Source of the DNA: Candidatus Babeliales bacterium
Lineage (GTDB): Bacteria; Babelota; Babeliae; Babelales; JABCYS01
Assembly: GCA_016929235.1 (NCBI GenBank)
Contig: JAFGJD010000005.1
Span: forward strand, 92,168 to 156,167
Direction of reading: 5' to 3'
Length of the DNA: 64,000 nucleotides
A program made the position numbers and the translations under genes. Shown in pieces: positions 1-8,317 of the stretch (positions are counted from its first letter, which is position 1; each line of letters begins with the position of its first letter). The notes under the pieces are model-generated. The model did no database searches. It was not told the origin of the DNA and saw only the letters and a program-made list of their open reading frames with translations.

Positions 1-175
<175 letters not shown>

Positions 176-190
176 TTAGTGTTATATAAG

Positions 191-210
191 GCCGGGATCA
201 TATACCCGGC
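191..210 (-). promoter_or_regulatory. Perfect 6-bp stem / 8-nt loop hairpin in the dnaK leader; function unknown
   Basis: GCCGGG-ATCATATA-CCCGGC lies 31-50 nt upstream of the dnaK ATG at 160, just before an AAAGGGA Shine-Dalgarno-like run. I did not find a CIRCE (TTAGCACTC-N9-GAGTGCTAA) element. Confidence 0.3.
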
Positions 211-480
211 TAACTTTTAAAATTCTCTATAGATTTTTAACTGTTCTGGAAGAAAATGTCAATGAGGTCTTGAAATTTTCTTAGTCTAGTAATGTAGATT
301 ATCTCATGCTTTAGTTGAGGCTAGTCTTTGGGAGGGGCTATCTGTGGCCAAAATAGTATGCCCTGAATTAAATCGATGTAAAGCCTGGATTCTGTTTGGC
401 TAAGATGAGTCTCGAGTTCTTTTGTTTATATCTTTCTTCGAGTCCGTCTGATAATGCCAGGGGCTCCCCCTTTAAGTCTT

Positions 481-745
481 TCTTACCTCCACTCCGCCCC
501 CGCACGCCCCGGCTGGTGGGCCCGGGCCTTCGATGATGACATGGGGGTGGGCGAAAGTTCGAGACGGAGGGGTTGGGTAACGAGGGGGCACGGGTCTTGG
601 GAAAGCTTGGCGAGCTCGTGCCTGAGGGCTCGAGCTACGAGGCTACGCACTGGGGGGAATGGATGAGGGCGCGAGCTGATAGCTCGTGGGGTAACAGGGC
701 GGTGGTGCTCGGCTCCGTTTTCTATGCCCTGATCAAACACCCCCC
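481..745 (+). other. GC-rich, strand-asymmetric non-coding island; candidate structured RNA of unknown class, or a foreign DNA remnant
   Basis: I hand-counted 159 G+C in the 240 nt from 481 to 720 (~66%), against ~40% elsewhere. Positions 481-540 are C-rich and 541-720 are G-rich on the + strand. Local hairpins include CGAGCT-GAT-AGCTCG (672-686) and AGCTCGTGCC-TGAG-GGCTCGAGCT (613-636, one U-U mismatch). GGGGGTG (543-549) can pair with CACCCCC (738-744). The only ORFs here are Arg/Gly/Pro/Trp-rich, overlap on both strands, and lack an RBS. Confidence 0.35.
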
Positions 746-770
746 GACTGTGCATAATGTGAATAAAAGA

Positions 771-803
771 AATTATAAGGAATTATAAGGAATTATAAGG
801 AAT
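771..803. repeat. Tandem 10-mer AATTATAAGG x3 plus a partial fourth unit
   Basis: aattataagg aattataagg aattataagg aat reads directly at 771-803, at the right border of the GC-rich island. Confidence 0.9.
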
Positions 804-1463
804 CATTATGTATAAGATTTTCTACGGACCTTATGATAGAACATGCTTATTGAGCCTTCACCTCCTCCTATCTCTCTACACACACTTCGCGCCTGCCCGC
901 ATTCCCGCGTATGCCCACAGAACCAATCGAACGTTACCCTTCCTTTTATATCCCTTACTTTTGTTATGGAGCAGAAAATCAAAACCCTCCATAAAGGGGA
1001 AAATCGGGCAGCCTCTCTACATCGGCCAGGTGGAATCTGGAGGTGCAACCGGACATATGAAATGCTCATGCAAAAAGCTACGCTACGATTGCTACTGTGG
1101 TTTTCGTTGTGAGGATCATTATCATAATACACGCATATCACCTTGTGTGGCGCCAGTTGTTGTGGCCATCCTGGTCTTTCTTTACTATATTTCCGTAGAA
1201 TAGGGGTTGTGCGAGTAGGTCTTTGAGATGCACCCCTCAGTTCGTTCGTCAGCGCATAAATAAGATATGTTATAGTGAACTCCTGACCAAGACATCGTTG
1301 GTGATTATTCGTGCCATATGATGTTTCGTCAGAATGTGTAGCCCCCATTCTCTCTCAATGGACTTTTGGTTGACAGAGTGGGTTATTTCCGTTGACTTTC
1401 TCGGATCAAAACAAGTACTGTTATCATGTTACTAGGTATGGTTGAGTTGTAGAGGATTGCCTT

Positions 1464-1910
1464 ATGAATGCCAGAATCTCCAGTCTTGCTATCGCAGGAA
1501 GTCTGCTTGTAACCCTTATTATCATAGGACGCCTTAGCATAGGCGTTTCGTATGCTGACCAATCTCTAGTAACAGAGACTTCTCAGGTAGCCGTTCAATC
1601 AGACCAAAAGAATGATAAGGCAGCCCTGGAGAAGCATGTCCCGTGGTTATTGTTGGCAACTGGCGGTGGTTTATCCGTTGCCGCACTCTTATGGTACGCT
1701 GCTTTCAAAACTCGAAGGCTTGGTGATAGAATTGATCGCGTGGGGCAACAGCTGGACATGGCACGCCAACAGTTAATTATGGCGCGTGCAGCCGGTAATA
1801 TGCAAGCCGTGTTTCAAGCTAGAGTTGCAGAAAATGCGGCTATTGTGGAAGCTACAAGAATATTGGAATCGCCGTTTGTAAGGTTGCTGATCAGACTAGG
1901 GATTATCTAG
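1464..1910 (+). CDS. Hypothetical bitopic membrane protein (signal peptide, one TM, Ala/Arg/Gln-rich helical tail); member of the window-wide family
   Basis: The N-terminus is SSLAIAGSLLVTLIIIGRLSIGVSYA. The internal TM is WLLLATGGGLSVAALLWYAAF, followed by KTRRLGDRIDRVGQQLDMARQQLIMARAAG. Confidence 0.6.
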   Translation: MNARISSLAIAGSLLVTLIIIGRLSIGVSYADQSLVTETSQVAVQSDQKNDKAALEKHVPWLLLATGGGLSVAALLWYAAFKTRRLGDRIDRVGQQLDMARQQLIMARAAGNMQAVFQARVAENAAIVEATRILESPFVRLLIRLGII

Positions 1911-2056
1911 TTTCCTTCTGCTCAAAAGAGGTCTCCCGGGTTCTATGAGTTGAAATCGGGCGCAGCATACGCGTAGCCAGGGTCTATCTTATAGATGGAC
2001 ACACTGGAAGACGCCATGGTTGTGTCACCCCTCATCTCAAATACATTATTGCTTCC

Positions 2057-2173
2057 AAAGAAGATAATGCTAATAATCTCATCAAGCTTGCTTGTCCCCA
2101 TGAAACGCTGTTTTGATGACTTGATACTGTGAAAAAGAAGATTATGATAATAATATCAAGCTTGCTTTTCCCT
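2057..2173. repeat. Imperfect ~40-bp direct repeat with ~77-bp period, upstream of the ankyrin gene
   Basis: aaagaagataatgctaataatctcatcaagcttgcttgtcccc (2057-2099) matches aaagaagattatgataataatatcaagcttgcttttccct (2134-2173). Each copy overlaps a small hydrophobic ORF: 2016-2132 (38 aa) and 2144-2254 (36 aa). Confidence 0.7.
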
Positions 2174-2420
2174 GTGGGATACCGTTTGGATGGTTATGAT
2201 GAATCTGAAAAAAGCTTGTATGTTAAAGATCTTCGATCCAAAGACGCTACCTGATGAGCTGAAAGAAAGATTCTCCGAAGTGGTGAGTTCTTAAGAGAGC
2301 CTGAGGCATGATCTGTAGCTGCCATAGGGGATAAGAATAGATCGGTGGGTAGAGCTCTGAAGACCAATCTAATACTTGATACTGGGTGTCTTACTTGATC
2401 GTAGGGTGTGGGGGTTTTTC

Positions 2421-3086
2421 ATGAAACAGTTATGTGTGCTTTTAGCCGCTCTGATGAGTGTGTTTAGTTGCATAAATATATTTGCTGAAGATGGGCGACG
2501 TTTGTGCTTAGCTGCTCAGGATGGCAATTGGGCATTGGTGAGCGGGGAGTTGGCTCGAGGAGCTGATGTGAACTATGTATTGCCGTACAGTGGTTGGACG
2601 GCTTTGCAATATGCAGCAAAGTATTGTGAGCTGACTGCGGTATGTCAATTGTTGCTGAAAGGCGCTAACACAAATTTACCGAATCAGTATGATCAAACTC
2701 CGTTGCATCTTGCCGCAAGCGGGGGATCGGCTGCGATCGCGGTTAAATTAATATCGGCCGGAGCTGATGTGCATGCAGTGGATAGATTTGGGGATACTCC
2801 ATTGCATAAAGCAGCGTTCAATAATCATTATACTGTTGTACAAATATTGTTGGGGGCTGGGGCTCGAGTAGATGCTCGAAATCGGTCGGGTCATACACCA
2901 TTGCATCGGGCATCGCTATATACATATGACTCTGAAGTTGTCAGATTATTATTAGATGCAGGAGCTGATAGAGAAGCTATCGATAGGGCAGGAAAGAAAC
3001 CAGCCCTCCAAGAAAGTGGGAGTGTAGCTTTAGAGGGTGAAGGATCGGTTCATAGCTTGTTCTGCGCACTTGGTTGGTGTAGGTAG
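2421..3086 (+). CDS. Secreted ankyrin-repeat protein (about 5 ANK repeats)
   Basis: The signal peptide is MKQLCVLLAALMSVFSCINIFA. ANK consensus runs follow: GWTALQYAA..., QTPLHLAASGGSAAIAVKLISAGADV, GDTPLHKAAFNNHYTVVQILLGAGARV, GHTPLHRASL...VVRLLLDAGAD. I prefer ATG 2421 (G-rich RBS) over the track's TTG 2376. Confidence 0.85.
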   Translation: MKQLCVLLAALMSVFSCINIFAEDGRRLCLAAQDGNWALVSGELARGADVNYVLPYSGWTALQYAAKYCELTAVCQLLLKGANTNLPNQYDQTPLHLAASGGSAAIAVKLISAGADVHAVDRFGDTPLHKAAFNNHYTVVQILLGAGARVDARNRSGHTPLHRASLYTYDSEVVRLLLDAGADREAIDRAGKKPALQESGSVALEGEGSVHSLFCALGWCR

Positions 3087-3290
3087 AGTATGAGTAGTAG
3101 ATTCAGATTCATTGTCGTTAAATAATGATTCGCCTGAAAATTGTCGCTAATGAATGCCTTCATGATACAGAGTTGTTTCCAGTTGGATCGTCTGGTTGAA
3201 AGGGTGATATTAGTGATGAGGTAAATGTTTGTATTAGGTATTGAACTAAGAGTATATTTTTAATAAAGACCGTACTATATGGAGGTTACT

Positions 3291-3707
3291 ATGAAAAGAA
3301 TGATCGTTTGGGTGATAGCGATCAGTGGTGTTTGTCATGCTTTGCAATGGGAGTTGGCAGACGAAGCAGCTCTTGATAGAGCGATAGAAAGGGTTGCATC
3401 ACGTGATGAAGCGTATAGGGTTGACGCACTAGGAATTCCGTTGATCATAGGAATGATAAAAAGATGTGTTCGTACACACGCGGATCCAGACTATCAACGC
3501 TTGGAGAGAGTTCTACGACATGGTGTGTACCGTGTGTATCAGGGTGTTCCATTGTATAGAGTTGCCAAAGACATTGGTCTCGATGAGAGAGGCCGAGTCC
3601 TTCTAGAGAAAGTGTTACGTACACAAGATGCTCATCAAGAACGGGATACTCTTTTACGGACTGGGTGGAGGCGCTCGACATTAGCTATACTTGGTGAAAG
3701 AGATTAA
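3291..3707 (+). CDS. Hypothetical secreted protein
   Basis: GGAGG lies 5 nt upstream of ATG 3291. The N-terminus MKRMIVWVIAISGVCHA looks like a signal peptide. I recognised no family. Confidence 0.55.
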   Translation: MKRMIVWVIAISGVCHALQWELADEAALDRAIERVASRDEAYRVDALGIPLIIGMIKRCVRTHADPDYQRLERVLRHGVYRVYQGVPLYRVAKDIGLDERGRVLLEKVLRTQDAHQERDTLLRTGWRRSTLAILGERD

Positions 3708-3831
3708 CATATCCAATGATTACGATATGGTCGTTTCTAAAAACTACATTTCAAAAGTTAGAAAATATCTTCGGCCCTAGATGCGATGTTTTCTAGTTTG
3801 CTAATATCATCAATTAAAAATCACTAAAACT

Positions 3832-3879
3832 AAAAATTAGGGGAGAATATGGTTGTATTTGTATTCTCCCCTAATTTTT
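3832..3879. terminator. Bidirectional rho-independent terminator between convergent genes
   Basis: A perfect 18-bp stem, AAAAATTAGGGGAGAATA (3832-3849) with TATTCTCCCCTAATTTTT (3862-3879), encloses a 12-nt loop. The A-tract and T-tract arms serve both strands. Confidence 0.8.
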
Positions 3880-3937
3880 AATGACGTATTGAAATTGTTG
3901 GAGTCTGCATTTTTTATAATCATGATTATTTCTTGTT

Positions 3938-4426
3938 TTAGATGAAAAGCGATACCGATAGCAGGGCGAGAGCGTTTGTCTTGATAAGTTCCCAAAATGT
4001 GAGTTGTTTCTTTGAAATGATATAGTCTATAAAGCTTTTGATTGCTACGATAAATATGAATGATATACATGCAAGTATGTACAAAGTTCCCGCACTTTTT
4101 TGATATTTTCCTAGTACTGCCCTTAGGGCTTCATGTTGCCATCGTATAATGAATCCCGATCCAATTAGCCATGAGAAAATATTGCCTGCTCGTAAGAAGA
4201 TGTAGTCAGCAATAATGAAAATGGTACCCCAAAAAAGTTCTTTTTTCGCAATAGACCGAGCAATTTCATGTCCAAGGAATATTGATTGTATAATAAAAGA
4301 AAACAGTAATAGTGCTATGATGAAGAGCAGGCCAGTCGTCCATGCCACATATATAAGACCTTCAAAGCCCATGTATTGAAGGCCGAATAAAATAGTCGCC
4401 AAACGTAAAATATAACTTTTGATCAT
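3938..4426 (-). CDS. Hypothetical polytopic membrane protein (about 5 TM)
   Basis: Hydrophobic helices run throughout (LATILFGLQYMGF, TTGLLFIIALLLFSFIIQSIFL, and others). It is the last gene of the minus-strand cluster 9649 to 3938. Confidence 0.55.
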   Translation of the reverse strand: MIKSYILRLATILFGLQYMGFEGLIYVAWTTGLLFIIALLLFSFIIQSIFLGHEIARSIAKKELFWGTIFIIADYIFLRAGNIFSWLIGSGFIIRWQHEALRAVLGKYQKSAGTLYILACISFIFIVAIKSFIDYIISKKQLTFWELIKTNALALLSVSLFI

Positions 4427-4493
4427 CAGAACATCTCCTAAACATAGTTACAGATGATAATCCTATTGTTATATAAGGCTGTAGGGAAAAACT

Positions 4494-5588
4494 CTATACT
4501 TCTTCGTTGGCACTTGTATTTGTTGGCCGATATTCTTCGGCAATCCATGCTTCTGCCAATGCTTCTGGTGGAGGCAGAAGAGCCTTGTCTAAATTGCGAG
4601 CGTATCTAAAATCGGTATGGTACAAATGTCCTGTGGTTACTTCTGTGAAGTCTGTTCCTTCGAGATTGGCATTCTGGAATGTGGCATTAGCAAGTACTAC
4701 ATCTTCAAATATTGCATATGATAAGTCTGATCCTATAAATTTTGCTCCATAAAAACCATAGATCCCATTGCCGGCCTTGAAGGTTGTCCCTCGAAAATTA
4801 GTGCTTTGGTACAGCTCTTCGTTCCACTCCGTTCCGGGATGACCATAGACCTCTTTGGGGCCATCGAGCATGATCGTAGTTTCAGGAAGTGGTTGCTCTG
4901 CGATGACGAGTTTTTCGTATGTCTCTAGCTGGTCAGCTACTGTTTCATCAGCTGTTATTTTCTCATCAGGTGTAATGTTATCTGCCATAAGGTTTTCAAG
5001 TATTGTAGTGTCATCAATAAGAGCTTGCTCTAGAAGTGACGTTGGGATATGAGCGCCAGTTAGGTTAGCGCCTCGTAAATCCGCTCCAACGAGTGATGTT
5101 TCCTCTGAAAAAACCGCTTCCGTGAGATCTGCTTTGTAAAATGATGCACCATTTAACATGGCTTGGGAAAAATTGGCTTTGTGTGCTATGGTTCGACCGA
5201 AGTTTGTATGTCGACAGTGCGCCCTCGTGAAATCTGCTTCTTTGAGCGATGCTCGTACGAAGGTGGAACCTGTACAGTCGCTGCGTCTGAGGACTGCCTT
5301 ATCTAGGATCGCCTTACTCAAGTCAGCGCCCCCCAGGTTTGTCCTAATAAGTCGTGCTTCAGTGAAGTTGCAACCCACAAGTTTTGTTGGCTGAGGATTT
5401 CCAAAGAACCATGGAATATACGGCGAAAAGTCTGCATCGGTAAGATTTGCTCGCTTGAATGTTGAGTTACTCAGATCTTGACCACAATATGACCTTCCAC
5501 TCAAATTCTGGCGATCATATGAGGGCGCTGCATAAGCGCTGCTTGCACATATAATGCTATATAGAACAATTGATATAAACGAAACCAT
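4494..5588 (-). CDS. Secreted pentapeptide-repeat protein
   Basis: GGGAGGG RBS precedes ATG 5588, and the signal peptide is MVSFISIVLYSIICASSAYAAP. Pentapeptide (A[DN]LxX) runs follow: ANLTDADF, TNLGGADLSKAILDKAVLRRSDCTGSTF, ADLRGANLTGAHI. The C-terminal module is paralogous to 5755-6618. Confidence 0.8.
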   Translation of the reverse strand: MVSFISIVLYSIICASSAYAAPSYDRQNLSGRSYCGQDLSNSTFKRANLTDADFSPYIPWFFGNPQPTKLVGCNFTEARLIRTNLGGADLSKAILDKAVLRRSDCTGSTFVRASLKEADFTRAHCRHTNFGRTIAHKANFSQAMLNGASFYKADLTEAVFSEETSLVGADLRGANLTGAHIPTSLLEQALIDDTTILENLMADNITPDEKITADETVADQLETYEKLVIAEQPLPETTIMLDGPKEVYGHPGTEWNEELYQSTNFRGTTFKAGNGIYGFYGAKFIGSDLSYAIFEDVVLANATFQNANLEGTDFTEVTTGHLYHTDFRYARNLDKALLPPPEALAEAWIAEEYRPTNTSANEEV

Positions 5589-5754
5589 AAGAAACACCCT
5601 CCCTATTATAAGAGTATTGTGATGATAATTGTTCACGATACTCAGAAACACTACAGCATCACTCTACTGAATGGCTGGATAGAAAATCAATAAAAAAGAG
5701 GAGACCAATCACAGAGTGATCGGTCTCGAAAATTGTGAAAAATAGAAGAAGCTT

Positions 5755-6618
5755 TTATCTCCAAGCGTCTACAAGTTCTGATGCTGGAGGCCATATAGCC
5801 TTGTCTTTGTTTTTTGCAGATCTAAAATCAGTGTGGTAAAGATCGCTTCTCTTGAGTTGACTAAAGTCAGTTTCCTCAATGTTAGCATTATTAAAACTTG
5901 CATTGGAGATACGAGCACCAGTAAAGAACTTTGCTCCTGTTAGGTCGGCACCATTAAACCAAACGCCGTAGAAGCTTCTATTATTGCGAGGCTTAAACTT
6001 CGTGCCTTTATAGTTGCCATCAACAAACGTTGATTCTTTTTCTTGTTCAGTCCAGTCTTTGCCATACACTGTGTCTGGTCCTTGAACGCTTGGTTCTGCT
6101 TGTTCATCACCACCAGAGCGAGTTAGTTCTTCTGGAGATACATTGGATGGAAGTTTAGCGTCTTTTAATATCGCGTTTTTAAAAATTACTGGCCACAAGT
6201 CTGATCTGGAGAGATTAACATTGCTTAGATCTGCGCGAGTTAAGTCGGCATTTTCAAAAGTTGTGCCTTCTTGAAGAGTAATTCTTCCAAAATTAGCATT
6301 CTGCATTTTAGCGTTCTTAAAATTAGCTTCTGTAAGTGTGGCATTATTAAAGGACGCACCCTCTAGATTTGTAAATGTTCTAAATCCGAAAACGCCTGCA
6401 GGAGAAAAATCTGCTCTTGAGAGATCTGCGCCATCAAAAATCGCTCCGGCTAGCTCTGCACCACAAAATTTAGCCTCTGTAAGGTCTGAGTTTGCAAAAT
6501 TAGCGTTGGTTAGCTTTTGTTTAGAAAAATCTCTTCCTGCAAATGACATATTTTTATAATCTTCCATATCTGCATATGCCAGGCCCATGATTGACATTGC
6601 AATCAACAATCGTTTCAT
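5755..6618 (-). CDS. Secreted pentapeptide-repeat protein, tandem paralogue
   Basis: GAGGAG RBS precedes ATG 6618, and the signal peptide is MKRLLIAMSIMGLAYA. Repeats include NANFANSDLTEAKFCGAELAGAIFDGADLSRADF. The C-terminus ...SDLYHTDFRSAKNKDKAIWPPASELVDAW parallels ...GHLYHTDFRYARNLDKALLPPPEALAEAW in the neighbour. I reject the track's longer N-terminal extension to 6804. Confidence 0.8.
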   Translation of the reverse strand: MKRLLIAMSIMGLAYADMEDYKNMSFAGRDFSKQKLTNANFANSDLTEAKFCGAELAGAIFDGADLSRADFSPAGVFGFRTFTNLEGASFNNATLTEANFKNAKMQNANFGRITLQEGTTFENADLTRADLSNVNLSRSDLWPVIFKNAILKDAKLPSNVSPEELTRSGGDEQAEPSVQGPDTVYGKDWTEQEKESTFVDGNYKGTKFKPRNNRSFYGVWFNGADLTGAKFFTGARISNASFNNANIEETDFSQLKRSDLYHTDFRSAKNKDKAIWPPASELVDAWR

Positions 6619-6724
6619 ACATCTATCTCCTCTTTTGATAAAACGATACAATTTTCTCCGCATCCATATTAACCCTAACATACCCATTATAGGTAAATCA
6701 ACACTTGATTGGCTATTTTTCTGG

Positions 6725-8173
6725 TTAATGATGCAGTAAGGCGTTGACAATAAATGAGAGAACGAGGGCGCATGCTGTGCTTGATGCGATCCAACTGATT
6801 CCATAGCCGATATTGTGGGGTATAGTGTATGACTTGCGTACGAAATATACCATGACTCCTAAGGTAATCAGCTTTACACTATGTAAGAATGCGATCAATG
6901 GCAGAAAGTGAACCCGTCGCAACAAAAGCAAAAAGACAATAAGTCCTACGGTGTAAATGCCATATGCCTGCAATAAAAGCCTGTATCGTTGTTTTACTTC
7001 TAAGAATCGCTCATATGGTAAAAGGAGAAACTCTAGAAAGTAACCAGTAATCAGTATGACAAATAGAGTGAAAATAAGTGGGTCTTTTTGAATATGCGTA
7101 AAGCTTTTAAGAATGATACCAAGCAGATGTGTTTGAGAAAGGAAGATTAAAATTCCAAGTAAAATACTGCAGAGTGAAATGGTTGTTCGATACAATAAAG
7201 AGAACGCCTCTGCCTGTTTTCGTGGTAGATGATCTGCATGAGCAAGTAGAGAGGTATCAGCGGTACCGAGTGTCTTGAGCATCGTTCGTTGAAAAAGAAG
7301 AGCTCCATCATTGGCGAGTTTGAAAATGTTGGCAATCTGTGGTCCGATAATATAGGTTAAGAGCGGAATGAGAAAATTGCGCTCGGATAAACTTTTAAGA
7401 CTCGTAGTTCCCCATAGGAGTATTGAATGTTTGGCAAAAGATTTCCAAAGATTTTTTGTTGGCGCATGGAATTCAATTACAGTGCGCTTTAAAAATGGAA
7501 GGATGCATATGCTTCCGAAGATGACTCCAGCATTACAGAGCATCTTGTTGAAGAGAATGAGATAGACCAGATCTGAGCTTGTGTGAGGTGTTAGAAGTGC
7601 TACGGCATCAAGGAACATCTCGCATAGTAGGGAAGCGGTTATGAGAAGGTTAAAAAAACGATTCCAAAAATACGCATGATAAATAAGTCGAAACAGAGAA
7701 ATAAGCCCTTCGGTAACGAATAGATGAGTGGCAATACCAATAATCCATGTCGACGCAGAAAGACCAAGGATCAAAAAAAATTGTCGAAGTCCATAATAGA
7801 AAATGGGTGTAAAGCCTAGTAGAATAATCGATTGATATGTGATGATCCTAACCAAAAAGGTGTTAAACTTAGTGGGTGAAGCAGAGAAATAGAGCGCAAA
7901 GCGTGGGATAGATTTTTTCAAACCCGAATCGATCCACAAGAGAGCAAGAAAAGTAATAGATGACGTATTACTCCACAGTGCGAAATCATGGGTAGAAAGA
8001 TGCCTAAAAAATAGGAGAGTGAGTAATGTCATAGCGACTTTGTAGAACAAATAAAGAGAGGCATTCCAGTTAATTGCTGCTGAAAATTTTGCCGCTAATG
8101 CATCTTGATCCATAACAAGCCTATCATCTAAATATGTTCCAACAGTACCCCAAAATGATTTTAAAGTCACCAC
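6725..8173 (-). CDS. Polytopic membrane protein (~12-14 TM), MOP/Wzx/MurJ-flippase-like; family assignment tentative
   Basis: It is 482 aa and almost entirely TM helices. It is paralogous to 8318-9649: LSERNFLIPLLTYIIGPQIANIFKLA...LKTLGTADTSLLAH matches LSSSNLWIPLFASIFDIQRAGILTLV...QKLFGTTSGAAFAH. This resembles the mid-protein region of polysaccharide/lipid-II flippases. Confidence 0.45.
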   Translation of the reverse strand: MVTLKSFWGTVGTYLDDRLVMDQDALAAKFSAAINWNASLYLFYKVAMTLLTLLFFRHLSTHDFALWSNTSSITFLALLWIDSGLKKSIPRFALYFSASPTKFNTFLVRIITYQSIILLGFTPIFYYGLRQFFLILGLSASTWIIGIATHLFVTEGLISLFRLIYHAYFWNRFFNLLITASLLCEMFLDAVALLTPHTSSDLVYLILFNKMLCNAGVIFGSICILPFLKRTVIEFHAPTKNLWKSFAKHSILLWGTTSLKSLSERNFLIPLLTYIIGPQIANIFKLANDGALLFQRTMLKTLGTADTSLLAHADHLPRKQAEAFSLLYRTTISLCSILLGILIFLSQTHLLGIILKSFTHIQKDPLIFTLFVILITGYFLEFLLLPYERFLEVKQRYRLLLQAYGIYTVGLIVFLLLLRRVHFLPLIAFLHSVKLITLGVMVYFVRKSYTIPHNIGYGISWIASSTACALVLSFIVNALLHH

Positions 8174-8317
8174 GTCCTATTGTTGTCATATAACGCCTCT
8201 TGCGTATAATTTTTCGCAAAACTCAATTTTTTTGTGATTACGTAAAGTTGGCGTGAAATATCTAGGAGAGGGTTCAATGGGTGTGTTCATAAATGATGCT
8301 TCGGATAATATTGGTGC

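Noticed and set aside
454-788. Three overlapping track ORFs (454-666 +, 483-755 -, 573-788 +) in the GC-rich island.
   Set aside because: Their translations are Arg/Gly/Pro/Trp/Ser-rich nonsense typical of high-GC DNA read in any frame. They overlap on both strands and have no RBS. The open frames are explained by composition, not coding.
771-803. The tandem 10-mer as a CRISPR array or other spaced repeat system.
   Set aside because: The units are contiguous with no spacers, only 10 bp long and ~3.3 copies. There are no cas genes in the window.
806-1348. A 180-aa minus ORF and 131- and 89-aa plus ORFs covering the same DNA.
   Set aside because: They are mutually antisense and Cys/His/Arg-rich, with no family resemblance, no RBS and no sensible start context. 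I treat them as non-coding or decayed sequence.
450-1350. tmRNA, RNase P RNA, SRP RNA or 6S RNA identity for the ORF-free region.
   Set aside because: I found tmRNA-like 5' words (GGGGGTG..GTTCGAGAC on +, GGGGGCT..TTCTGACG on -). I also found a short frame ending AIVA-stop, and RNase-P-like words (GGTAACAG, ACAGAACC, GGGAAAGC). However, there is no T-arm plus matching acceptor-ACCA 3' end and no intact CR-I GAGGAAAGUCC. P4 pairing is absent, and so is the SRP GGAAGCAGCC motif. The matches are no better than expected in G-rich sequence.
6619-6804. The N-terminal extension of the pentapeptide ORF, which overlaps the upstream membrane gene.
   Set aside because: The internal ATG 6618 has a GAGGAG RBS and starts a textbook signal peptide. 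The extension would overlap the 6725-8173 gene and looks non-protein-like.
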